This document shows positions 35,346-46,579 of a DNA stretch of 64,000 nt, in pieces; the stretch's first letter is position 1; every line of letters begins with the position of its first letter. The notes under the pieces were generated by a model. It did no database searches. It was not told the origin of the DNA and saw nothing but the letters and a program-made list of their open reading frames with translations. The stretch is taken from the NCBI GenBank assembly GCA_973895155.1, contig OZ316893.1:20816955-20880954 (forward strand). Reading direction: 5' to 3'. The translations under genes were made by a program, and so were the position numbers. The stretch is from Marsupella aquatica. Taxonomy: Eukaryota > Plantae > Marchantiophyta.

Positions 35346-38300
35346 ATGAGTGATTCGGAGGAGTTTTTCGAAGACGTGGAACTTGAAGCACGAGGATCAC
35401 CGCGGAGGTTTCAGGGGCAGAGAGAGGAGCAGGAGGAAGAGCACGTGACACCGATACCATCACTGGTGCGGCGTGTGGTGGAGGAAGCAGTACTACTACC
35501 GGAGCTCACGGTAAAGAAGAAGATGGGGACTTTCAAGCTTGGGGGACCCAAGTATGAAGTGACAAAGTATGATGGGCGCTCTGACTACTTGCTATGGGAG
35601 AAGTAGGTGAAGGGAGTGCTTTATGCGTCAGGGATGGGCCAACTGCTGAGCCCTCGTGAAGACGATGTTGATGAGAAACAATGGGACCGCATGCAGGAGC
35701 AGGGAGTGTGGTGTGTTACACTCTATCTCATGCCTCCCATCATCAAGCAGTTAGGTGCACAGAAGGATTGCATGTCCTTGTTTGCGGAATTGCAGAGCAA
35801 GTATCACCGCAAGGAGTTGTCGAACCGGCTCTACACTTCCTACAAACTGATGAGTTTCAGGATGAAAGAATCTGGTACGAAGTTGCAAGACCATGTGGAT
35901 GCTTTCAACGACATGGTCGTTGACTTGGAAAACCTTGGGGAGACTTTGAATGATGAGACGAAGGCTCTGCAGCTTCTTAGTTCATTGCCTCCATCTTACC
36001 AGTCCCTATCACGAGTGTTGTTGCATCGTGATAGGGATACCATTTCATACAATGACGTGGTAAGTTCTCTGCTTAGTGATGATCTTCAGCAGAAGATGCA
36101 CATCACGTCACAGCCTTCATCATCTGGTGCTGCCCTCAATGTTAACCGTGGGAGGAGTATGCAGCGACCAACTGGGGACCGTAGAACCCAGTTTAGATCT
36201 AAATCCAGATCTAAGTCCAAGGGTAAATCCCCTCAGAGGAGGCAGGTGACATGTTGGAAGTGCAACCAAGTTGGACACTTCAAGCGAGACTGTAAGGGAA
36301 AGGCAGCGGAAACTTCATCGGCAAATGTGGCTAGGGCTGATGGAGAAGCTGATTTACTCAATGATGAGTATGTTTTATGAAGCCGGGGGTATGCCCTGTG
36401 CACGTCATCTAGGAGAGCAGATGATGTGTGGATTCTTGATTGTGCTTGCTCTTTTCATATTTGTTACATTCGTGAGTTTTTCAGTTCTTACTCTGTTTCA
36501 AACGGTTCAGTTCTGATGGGAAATGATCACTCCTGTCAAATTGAGGGAATTGGGTCTGTGAAGATTCAAATGTTTGATGGCGCTGTGCGCATAGTGTCCG
36601 GAGTCAGGTATGTACCTGGCATGCGTAAGAATCTGATTTCACTCGGTGTGTTGGATTCAAATGGTCATCAATGGAGCGTTATTGATGGTGAACTTCAAGT
36701 CAGGTCGGGAGAGACAGTGATTTTGAAGGGGAGTAGATAAAAGAATTTGTATGTGTTACAGGGCAATACTGTATGTGGAGAGGCCAATGTAACCAAGTCT
36801 CACGAGGAGATGACTCAACTGTGGCATTCACGGCTAGGCCACATGAGTGAGAAGGGTTTGGCTATCTTACGGAAGAATGGACTCATTTCTGATTTGCAAT
36901 CTTGTAAATTAGAGTTTTGTGAGCATTGCATTCTTGGAAAGCAGCATCGTCGTGCTTTTGGTGTTGGAACTCATCGTTCCAAAGCGGTTCTTGAGTACAT
37001 ACATAGTGACGTGTGGGGTCCATCCCCGACTCCCTCACACTCTGGAAAGTTGTACTATGTATCATTTATTGATGATTACTCAAGATTTGTGTGGATTTAT
37101 TTCATGACGCATAAGTCTGATGTCTTGTCCATTTTTAAGAAGTGGAAGGCCCAGGTGGAGAATCAGACTGGAAACACGATCAAGTGTTTGGATACAAGGG
37201 TGAAGAGTCTGAGGTCAGACAACGGCGGGGAGTACACTTCAATGGAATTTGAAGAGTACTGTTCAGAACAGGGGATAACTCGCCATCTCACCACAGTTTA
37301 TACTCCGCAGCAGAATGGTGTCGCTGAGAGGCTCAATCGGACACTGTTGGAGCGGTCACGGAGTATGTTGAGCCAATCAGGTTTACCACAAGAATTTTGG
37401 GCAGAAGCTGTCAATACCGCAGCTTATTTGGTAAATCTTTCTCCTTCTAGTGCTATCAATTTCAAAACGCCGTTTGAGATGCGCTATAAGCGGCAAGCAG
37501 ATTATCATGGCTTGGTAATTTTTGGAAGTGATGCATATGCTCTCACACCAAAGCAGAATAGGACCAAGTTGGATCCTACCTCCAGGAAATGTGTTTTTCT
37601 TGGGTACCAGAGTGGTGTGAAAGCCTATAGGCTATGGGATCCTATTGCCTGTAAGCTCGTTGTCAGTAGGGATGTTTCCTTCAATGAATCCAGATTATTG
37701 AAGGAGGGGGAGAATACTCAGGTCTCCCGTACTGACAAAGGAAAATCTCCTATCCCGGATCTCGTTGAGGGGGAGATTGGTTATGAGGTGCATGACCGGA
37801 GAGAAGGAGTTGTTCCAATTATGGAGCTGGTTCCTATGCCAGAGGAACCAGAGGAGTTTGTTGATGCTGGTGAGCAACAAGTGGATGTTGTTGAGCTTCA
37901 AATTGTACCAGCACACGCAGATCAACCGGAGTCATCGGCTAGAAGAACATCTGGTCGCATTGTACGCGCTCCATCAAGGTATGGACAGTGGGTTGATTCA
38001 TCTCAACTGCAAGAGGATGATTTTACAGCTGATGATGAGGGTGATGCGTTAATTTTGGAAGAAGGAGAACCTTCTTCATTTCATGAGACAAGTGCTTCAA
38101 AAGAGAAGCAGAAGTGGACTGCAGCAATGCAAACGGAAATGCAGTCACTAAAGGACAACAAAACTTGGGAGCTTGTTAAGCTGCCTAAGGGTCAGCAAGT
38201 GGTGGACAGCAAGTGGATTTACAAGCTGAAGGATAATTCCATAGGAGGTGGATCGAAGGTCTACAAGGCTAGATTGGTAGCAAAGGGATTCACACAAGAG

Positions 38301-39652
38301 AAAGGTGTGGATTACAATGAGGTCTTCTCACCAGTTGCTAAGTACTCTACAATACGACTATTGTGTGTACTTGTTGTAATGTTTGGTCTGCTCCTAGATC
38401 AGATGGATGTTGTCACAGCTTTCCTCTATGGCACATTGGAAGAGGTGATCTTCATGAGACAACGCTAGGTTTTGTGAAGAGAGGACAGGAGGAATTGGTT
38501 TGCAGATTGCTGAAATCCTTGTATGGGTTGAAGCAGTCACCAAGACAGTGGAACAAGCGGTTTGACGATTGGATTCGGTCACAAGGTTTTCACAGAAGTG
38601 TATTTGACCCTTGTGTGTATTTGAAACCGGTGAAGAATGTTGTCTTTGGGTTCATTGTTTTAGTACTTTATGTGGATGACATGCTAATTGCAGCCAAGGA
38701 TAGGTCTGAGATTGTTAAGCTCAAGGCACTGCTTAGTGCAGAGTTTAAGATGAAGGACTTAGGGCCAGCTAAGAGGATTTTGGGTATGGAGATCACTAGG
38801 GACTTGGAGGCTGGCAAGCTATGGTTGACGCAAAGCAATTATGCGAGGAAGGTAATTGCAAGGTTCAACATGGAGAATAGCAAGCCAGTAAGTACCCCGT
38901 TGGCTCCACACTTCAAGTTATCATCAGCGTTCTGTCCTACGGATGACACAGAGAAGGGGTTGATGTCAAAGGTTCCATATGACAAGGCAGTGGGGAGTCT
39001 CATGTATTTGATGACTTGCACTAGACCTGATCTTGCCATGGCTATGGGCAAGGTGAGCAGGTACATGTCGAATCCAGGGAAGGTACACTGGGAAGCAGTG
39101 AAGTGGATTATCAGGTACTTGAAGGGTACCGTGGATCATGGTCTTTTATTTGATGCGAATGCAAAGAATGCTAGATCATTGATTGGCTATGTAGATTCTG
39201 ACTATGGACAAGATTTGGACCGAAGGAGATCAACAATAGGATACGTGTTCACACTTGGCGGTGGATGCATAAGTTGGAGGTCTACTTTGCAGAAGTGTAT
39301 TGCTCAGTCTACTACAGAAGCGGAGTATGTTGCAGCTGCGGAAGCAACAAAGAAAGCGATTTGGTTGGATAGACTTATCACTGAAATGGGATTGCCACAG
39401 GGGAATGTGAAGCTCCATTGTGATAGTCAAAGTGCGCTCCACCTTGCTGTGAACCAGGTGATGGACAGCAGAGTGAAGCACATTGACGTCAGGTACCATT
39501 TTATCAGGCAGGCTGTGTCTGATAATTTGTTTGAGCTAGTCAAGATTGATGGTAAACTCAACCCGGCTGACGCATTTACCAAAGTGATTCCTTTGGAGAG
39601 TTTCTCTAGACACCGTGACGTATTGCAGGTTTTGCAATTGCATCACAAGTAG
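35346..39652 (+). pseudogene. Copia gag-pol with three in-frame stops and one frameshift
   Basis: Zn knuckle CWKCNQVGHFKRDC; protease WILDCACSFH; IN HSDVWGP/RSDNGGEY/NGVAER; RT YVDDML; RNase H YVDSD/EAEY/CDSQSA/PADAFTK. Stops at 35604 (TAG), 36378 (TGA) and 36738 (TAA); 1-bp deletion at ~38463 (MRQ[P]LGF). Confidence 0.95.
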
Positions 39653-39826
39653 AGTTTTCTTAAACATTCATTGTAATTACTGATATATGCTCTTCCTCAT
39701 TCCTATGTATTAGGCTACGGCTTAGTTCTGGTTTGCTCTAGTTAGAGAGGGAAACCGGTTTGGTTTCTGTCCAGAACTTCCCGCTGAGGGATCATATACA
39801 TTGGCAGTATTACTCTCCCCTAGACC

Positions 39827-39843
39827 AGAGTCAAGGGGAAGAT
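39827..39843 (+). promoter_or_regulatory. Polypurine tract
   Basis: AGAGTCAAGGGGAAGAT immediately before the 3' LTR. Confidence 0.85.
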
Positions 39844-40264
39844 TGTTGGGTATTTACTCTTACGTCTAGGTTAGGTATGACGTGGTTGGTACAACAACGT
39901 GGGTTGGTACAACTACGTGGTTAGGTACAACTACGTGATTAGGTACAACTATGTGGTTAGGTACAACTACGTGATTAGGTACAACTATGTGGTTAGGTAC
40001 AACTAAGTTGCACACTATATCATAAGAGGCATGTGTGCTTGGAGAGGTAGAACCAAGGCTCATTGTTATGGAGCCACTTGAGAGATAGGGAGAGCTTACA
40101 CTGTGGAGACTCGGTATAGCCGACGGGCTTAGAGTTCAGTAAAGCTCTCTTGTGTGTTCCCGTGGACGTAGCCTCAAGGAGGTGAACCACGTATCTCTTG
40201 TGTCGACTATTGTGCGTTGGATGGTTCATGGGCTTGCCGTTGCGATCGTCGTCTATGCTCAACA
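39844..40264 (+). repeat. Copia 3' LTR
   Basis: See the 5' LTR; followed by TSD ATGTG. Confidence 0.97.
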
Positions 40265-40468
40265 ATGTGAAGCCAAAGGGGTTTTAATTATGTACATTTC
40301 TATCGATGACTTTTTTCAAACTTGCAAACAATTAAAAAATACAAGCATTTTGATATAAAACACTGATATATCTTTGACAAACATCAAAATGGTAACTTTT
40401 TTTTACTAAATGACATCTCTTCCTTTGTATTTTGGTTTTTTTTACGTTTAATATTTACGGCATGGCGC

Positions 40469-40768
40469 CCAAAAAATTACGTTGCTTTTTCCACAAACAG
40501 GAATGTGCACGTTTGTTATTGTTAAAAGTAGGATCATTCCTGTTTGTGGCTGGTTGTGGTGATGTGGCGCAACCTCATGGCAGAGAATTTGCAAGAGACC
40601 CCTAATGGGGGTCCGTAACCAAAAAATTACGTTGCTTCTGCCACAAATAGGAATGTGCACGTTTGTTATTGTTAAAAGTAGGATCATTCCTGTTTGTGGC
40701 TGGTTGTGGTGATGTGGCGTAATCTCATGGCAGAGAATTTGCAAGAGACCCCTAATGGGGGTCCGTAA
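40469..40768. repeat. 150-bp near-perfect tandem duplication
   Basis: CCAAAAAATTACGTTGCTT...GGGGGTCCGTAA at 40469 and 40619, with few mismatches. Confidence 0.92.
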
Positions 40769-42517
40769 TTAAAGGGGTCCAGAAATTAATTAAAAATGTA
40801 TATGATACACAGACTGCCTCTTGATAAGGCACATTGAAATAAAAATATATGACACCAAAACTCTGAATAAGACAAAATCTGAAAGGTGTATTCACCATAT
40901 AGCAGTTTCTCTTGGAACACCCTTCTTGTTTCCAACACGTTTTGAACAGTAAAGTTTGACTTTGAAAACAACTCTATCCAACTCCATTCATTTGACTCTT
41001 AGTGGGATAGTTAGAAGCACATTGAAAATATCTTTCCAACCAGTCTAATATCTATAATTATCATGACAAATTCAGCAGTTATGAATTTTTAAAGATCACT
41101 CATCAGGGGGGTTATTAATTTTTTTCCAGTCCATCACACTTTTTTGATTGGGTTTGTGAACATTATGGGTATTTTAATCCAAATTTGAAGATTTTAAGTG
41201 GATAGGGCTTTTAAAACCAAATTTGGGAGTATTAATAAAATACTCCAAAAATAGGGGTGAAAAATACAAAAAAACAATTCTTGCATTTCAAGGTGTTTGT
41301 TATCCAAAAACGTTGCCTATGATGTGGAACACCACTTACAGTCATACCCCTGAGACAGTATGGACACAGTGAGACAAACAGCGAGTATGTATCTTTCCCA
41401 TGAGCCACACATTGTCAGATTTCATTGAGACACATAAAAAATTTAAAAGATGATTGACTCGTTTGCTTGCCACATTTAACTTATATGTGTGATCTGTAAT
41501 ATATAAACTGAAAGATGGTTTTGTTGCACATCCGGGTTGCAAAAATCTATCGGAGCCTTTTGGCAAGCATAGAGGTCCATCTGAGCTTCAATTTCTGATC
41601 TCCCACTTTCTTTTCCGGGCTATTGTTTATTGAAGTAGGTTTAGAATATATTTAATATTAAATGTTAGTAGTGGCGGTGGAGAAGGTACTGTTTGGGACG
41701 GGTTAATTGCTGAATTTAATGGTCTTTAAATCTAGGAAGATGTGATGGCGCAGACACATGGCAGAGACAAATGTGAGAGTAAAATAGTATTGCAAAGATA
41801 TTGTGGAGTTAGTATTGCAACTTTAGATACTGTGGAGCAGGGGAATCAAAGGATCATGAAGTTGCAGTTTCGATGTTGCAATACATACAGAGAAATTATG
41901 TGTCATTGCATTTATCCATCTTTCAAAGAGCCAAAGACCCCATGTATGGATCACAAGTATCAAGGGGTTTAAAAGTGTTTCTAAGGGGACGACAGATCGG
42001 GTTGTCACAATTGGGTTATGGGTTTAAACCACACTTGAGGTATGGTATACCCTAAGAGCTGTGTTCCATCAGCCCTGAATCGCTATACCCTTAAACGTCC
42101 AAGTAGTCAGGAGCCAATGAGAACTCTCTAATATTTCAGGGTGATCCTCAAGTCGACGTGCAGGGTGGAAGGCCAGTCTGGCCTTCCACCCTACTTTGAG
42201 TGCCCTGAAGATGACCGGGAACTGGCGATAGTAGGTTGCACCCAACGTGACGACTTGTTATCTCCGGTGGCAACAAATAGTTCGGACGGTGTGCTCATAC
42301 ATTGGCAAACATCGATGTCCCACTCAAGGCATGGCGGTAGCGCCTAGTTTTTCTACTTGCGCCCAATACAGACATTCGGCCATGGATTTTCAACGTAAAT
42401 TTCCAGTATATTGCTTGCACTTCGATTGCAACCAAGCACCTTCATCCAAATCTTGCTACTATTCTGCTCGAGGCGTTCAACTTGCTTTTGCCTGGTTCTA
42501 CTATGATTTAGTGAATT

Positions 42518-43474
42518 ATGGATACACAGTCGACAAACCACAGCACCACAATGGCTGGAATTGAGGAGGCGCACAATGCACCTGCAAATGTCAATGTTGT
42601 CCGTCTTCCAGAGCAATTCTCCGGGAGGCAGTGGAAAATGCATGAGCTATGTCTGCTCATTGCTGCCAAGCGATTAGAGCATGAATTTTCTTTGAACAAC
42701 AGCTCCAGGGAAAGGATAAGACCTGCTGATCAGAAATGGAGAGATATCCAATCCGCCCTTGCTAGAGATGGGGTCTTACGAGTTTCTATGCAGATAAAGA
42801 AACGATGGGAGAAATTGGTTACAGATTTTAAAAAGGTTTATGATTATCAGAATCATGTCGGTAGCGGACAGCCAAGCTACTACGAGATGGCGAGTGAGGA
42901 AAGGAAGACCAGGAAGCTTCCCGTGAATTTTGCTCATGAGCTATTCGAGAGTATGGAACCTTGGATGGGGACTCAAAGAGCCATTAATCCATCTCCAAAT
43001 CAAGTGGTGGATACTGGAAATGTGCAGGAGGAGGCTCACAATGAGAGCGAGCAGACCCCTGAAGGACCAGCCAGCAAAATTTTGGGGAACGACGTGGAGG
43101 TCGATTCTCCTCCACCTGTTCGAATGGAACCCTCCTCTACAGGAGCTGATGCAGCACAACATCAAACACCACCTATAGGACTTGAGGACAGAGGCATCAA
43201 GAAAAGTCGAAGAGACAGACTCGACGACCAATTCAAAAAGACAAGTGCTAACTTCTTGGAATTTCTGGGAAAAGACTCAGAGCGCAAAAGTAGACTGGAG
43301 GAAACAAATAGAAACTGGGAGAAGGACAGGCACGATAGTGTTATAGCATTGGATTTAAAAAAGCATCAAGACATTTTAGACCAGCAATCTAAGATGACTG
43401 ATGCGATGGCAAATGCAATTGGTGGAATTTCTGACTCCATTCGGTTCTTTGCAACGGAGGTAGCACGTAGATAG
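42518..43474 (+). CDS. Harbinger ORF1, Myb/SANT-like (trihelix) DNA-binding protein, 318 aa
   Basis: QWKMHELCLLIAAK..KWRDIQ..QIKKRWEKLVTDFKKVYDYQ..SYYEMASEERK..KLP; C-terminal coiled-coil-like region. Confidence 0.9.
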   Translation: MDTQSTNHSTTMAGIEEAHNAPANVNVVRLPEQFSGRQWKMHELCLLIAAKRLEHEFSLNNSSRERIRPADQKWRDIQSALARDGVLRVSMQIKKRWEKLVTDFKKVYDYQNHVGSGQPSYYEMASEERKTRKLPVNFAHELFESMEPWMGTQRAINPSPNQVVDTGNVQEEAHNESEQTPEGPASKILGNDVEVDSPPPVRMEPSSTGADAAQHQTPPIGLEDRGIKKSRRDRLDDQFKKTSANFLEFLGKDSERKSRLEETNRNWEKDRHDSVIALDLKKHQDILDQQSKMTDAMANAIGGISDSIRFFATEVARR

Positions 43475-44482
43475 AGTAATTGAATAGGTTTGTGTGCCAG
43501 CACAATGTTTTAAAACTGCTGGAACCGTGTTTTGGCTTTCCATGAATGATGTTCAAGTTTTTGATGAGTTATTTGTAATTTTTGTCCTTGACTTTTCTGC
43601 GTTGTCTTGCATTGCGGCTGCATTGCAATTTTTCTAGCAATAAATGGCTCCTTGGAAACAGAGAAAGCATCAATGAAGCCCTAAGCAGTATGATACTATC
43701 TCGATCAGTAAGCTTCCAGTGATATTGGTTTTTGGAAGTCGGAAAAGCACTTTGGGCCATCCCAAATTCACCATGGACAAATCCCTAGAAATATTATAAT
43801 TTTCTAATGTGAGGGATTTTGAACTTTACACAGTTCCAAATTGGCTCAATTGTCGAGAGTCAATCAGGTTCCTGACCTGTCCACAATCTTTTTCCTTCCG
43901 ATTGTATTATTGATGAATATGATTGTTATTTGAGGGGAGCCACCAAAGTGAGGAGAAATGGGCCAAGACCAACGGAAGCAGTCAAAGAGACATGGAAGAG
44001 CATTGGGATTGATGCACAGCTAATTCGAATAGCCAGCAACCACATGGAAGGCATCAAGCTCATGGCATATAAAATACTTCTAGAAAGTGACGTGAACTAA
44101 AAGCACAGGTGACACTTTGCAGACCTTTTGGTAATAAAGGTGACTCTCATTCCTGAAAAATCTGGTAAACAAAAACTTATCATCACAACAGCAGAGAGAG
44201 CGTAGGTGCAACTTGAACCTATGGAATGCCATGTGTGATGCCAGAATCCAAATAACCACTTTATAGAGTACTGTGAGAGGCGTGTGCTCATTGTAAAGGT
44301 GTCTTTGCAAAAGAAAGTTGCAGAATAAGCCGGCTGACATTGAATTGAATGTATAAAAAACCTCATGAAAGCGCTTTTTCAGGTAGTCTTTTGTGAATCA
44401 ATCTCCCTTTCTTGAAAAAATAACTGGCGTACAAAAAGGATTTCTAGATTATGCTAGTTGAAGTGCAGGATTGGAGCTCAAT

Positions 44483-45865
44483 CTAGGGTACCCTTGCCCT
44501 TGCGCTCCTTCTCTGGTCTAGAATGTCAACCTCATTAAGCAGATTGTCCCGTGCTTCTGGCCCTCCTTCCATGTATTCTCGTCTGGGCACATGTACTCCA
44601 CTGTATCCACCAGGGTGAGCTGTAATCCCCCGAATCAGCTCAGGGCTAATGTGCTCACCACGGTGAATAAGAAAGTTGTGGAGAATGCAACAAGAGTAAA
44701 TCATAGACCCGATCCTATCTTTTCTTGGTTTCCAAAGAATTCGGCTAAGGATTCTCCAGGTACCTTTCAGTTGTCCAAATGCTCGTTCCACTGCCATTCG
44801 TGCTTGAGAATGTCGATGGTTCCATCTGTCGTGTTCATCAGATAAACCATTTGTGAAAGGGACAATCAACCATGGATACAAGGGATATCCTGCATCCCCA
44901 ATAATGTACTCCCTCAACACGGAGGTGCCGTCTTGACAGAAATACTCCAAGCCATGCAGCCTTGTACGTCTATATTCAACATCTCTAAAGAAGGTAGAAA
45001 CTCTAAGCAATCTGGTATCTTGTATGCTACCTGGCCAACCTGCTACAACATCCAAGAACCTGAGGTTAAGATCCACAATGGCCTGCATAGAAACAAACAT
45101 TTTTTTCTTGAAATCAAAGTAATCCTGGCTACGCTCTGAGGCTGGCAGTTCAACTGGGAAATGTGTGCCATCGACTGCCCCACAACAGTTGGGGAAACCC
45201 CATCGTGCAATGAACTCCAATTTCACTTTTTCAAGCTCTGTTGCACTCGGCCATTGGATCAGATGTCTCCCTTGCTTGATTATTGCTTGAATAAACTTCC
45301 AGGTGACCTTGACTACAGTTGCATGAGAAACTCCAAACAGCTCCCCGATCCCAAGACATTGATCTCCTGTGGAAAGCCTTCTAATTGCAATAGCCACCTG
45401 CCTCTCGACAGAGAGTTTTCTATTTGGCAGTGTACAGAATGCTGCCGGTGGATTTGTGACCATGTCCCCATGAACCATCTCACATATTGCATAAAACATC
45501 CCGGGGCTAACACGGAAAAATTCCTTGAATCTATCAGGATCATCGTAACAAACAAAGTCAATAAACAGATAAAACCACTGGATGGTTCTAGGTTTAATGT
45601 ACCAGGGGCAATCAATCTCTCTTTTTCTCATGAAATAGCTTCTCAGAACTTGAATGAAGGCCCACACTTGCGGCCGAATCTCATCATCATCACGACGTCT
45701 TTTCCTTGACTCGAAATTGAACACTCTATTCAGCTGTGATGGATTTGTGAGCCTCCCAATATGAAGCCCAGGAAGAAGCGTAACAAGAATTGGCACAGAC
45801 GTTGCTGCATAGCTCATCACCAATGCAGCCAGGGAATCCAGCAGAACCTCATCTTCAAATTCCAT
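44483..45865 (-). CDS. PIF/Harbinger DDE transposase (HARBI1/ALP1 family), 460 aa from the first ATG
   Basis: FKEFFRVS, GAVDGTH, GWPGSIQD, IIGDAGYP, RMAVERAFGQLKGTW, CCILHNF; no stops. Confidence 0.95.
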   Translation of the reverse strand: MEFEDEVLLDSLAALVMSYAATSVPILVTLLPGLHIGRLTNPSQLNRVFNFESRKRRRDDDEIRPQVWAFIQVLRSYFMRKREIDCPWYIKPRTIQWFYLFIDFVCYDDPDRFKEFFRVSPGMFYAICEMVHGDMVTNPPAAFCTLPNRKLSVERQVAIAIRRLSTGDQCLGIGELFGVSHATVVKVTWKFIQAIIKQGRHLIQWPSATELEKVKLEFIARWGFPNCCGAVDGTHFPVELPASERSQDYFDFKKKMFVSMQAIVDLNLRFLDVVAGWPGSIQDTRLLRVSTFFRDVEYRRTRLHGLEYFCQDGTSVLREYIIGDAGYPLYPWLIVPFTNGLSDEHDRWNHRHSQARMAVERAFGQLKGTWRILSRILWKPRKDRIGSMIYSCCILHNFLIHRGEHISPELIRGITAHPGGYSGVHVPRREYMEGGPEARDNLLNEVDILDQRRSARARVP

Positions 45866-46579
45866 CTCAACAATAAAAATGGAGCTCACTGCAGCAAAAG
45901 AAATTGAAACCTCTCCGCAGCAGAAATAAAATCAATCAAGAGGGGAACAAGCACGGGCGCAAGACAACAGAGGTGGCATTTTAGACAGTGCAAGAGTCCT
46001 CTTTCAACACTCACAGGAGAGATCGATAGGAAAATAATGGACCGACGGTTAAGGTGACCGTCGTTCAAATTTGCCGGTACACCGTCAATGCTACTGCGTG
46101 GGAAAAGTTCTTAGGGGGCCCATGGAAAGAGATGTGATAGGGCCCCTCAAACGCTGTTTCAGGGCCGGGCCGGAGGGTGAGGGTCGGTGTGAGGGCTGAT
46201 GGAACAGTGTTCTAAACCATCAACACAGCTTTTTTTCCTTTCAGTTTGTCAGCCTCTGTTCAATTTTAGTCTCAGAAGTTTGAGTGAATGTGACCCTTTG
46301 AGACACATCAGTTGTTGAATAACTTTTGCAAGAGGCAAGAACGAGCAGCCCAGATTCGGGAATCTTCAGAGAGTTTAGAGGGGTGTAAAGGATGTAAATT
46401 TCAAGGACCTCCAAGAAAGACCCCAACTCTCAACCTCAGATCTCCAAACTTGAAAGACAATTTTTATTCTTTTCAAAAGGGGAAACCGCCTTGACTATGA
46501 GATCTACTGCAGTTATGTTTAAAGAAAAACTATGCCTCTCAAAAAATGAGCTTTGTTAGATGACATGGTCAAGAGAGGC

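Larger units (their letters stand above)
33771..40264 (+). mobile_element. Full-length Ty1/Copia LTR retrotransposon (6494 bp)
   Basis: 421-bp LTRs TGTTG...CAACA; TSD ATGTG (33766-33770, 40265-40269); PBS; PPT; gag-PR-IN-RT-RH order. Confidence 0.98.
42056..46212. mobile_element. PIF/Harbinger transposon, full length, both ORFs intact (candidate autonomous element)
   Basis: TAA TSD (42053-42055, 46213-46215); 21-bp TIR GA....TGTTCCATCAGCCCT; convergent trihelix/Myb ORF and DDE transposase. Confidence 0.93.

Noticed and set aside
41972-42036. tRNA-Asp/SINE-like relic (TTGTCAC loop, GGTTTAAACC B-box-like)
   Set aside because: The stems do not pair into a cloverleaf and the A/B boxes are degenerate.
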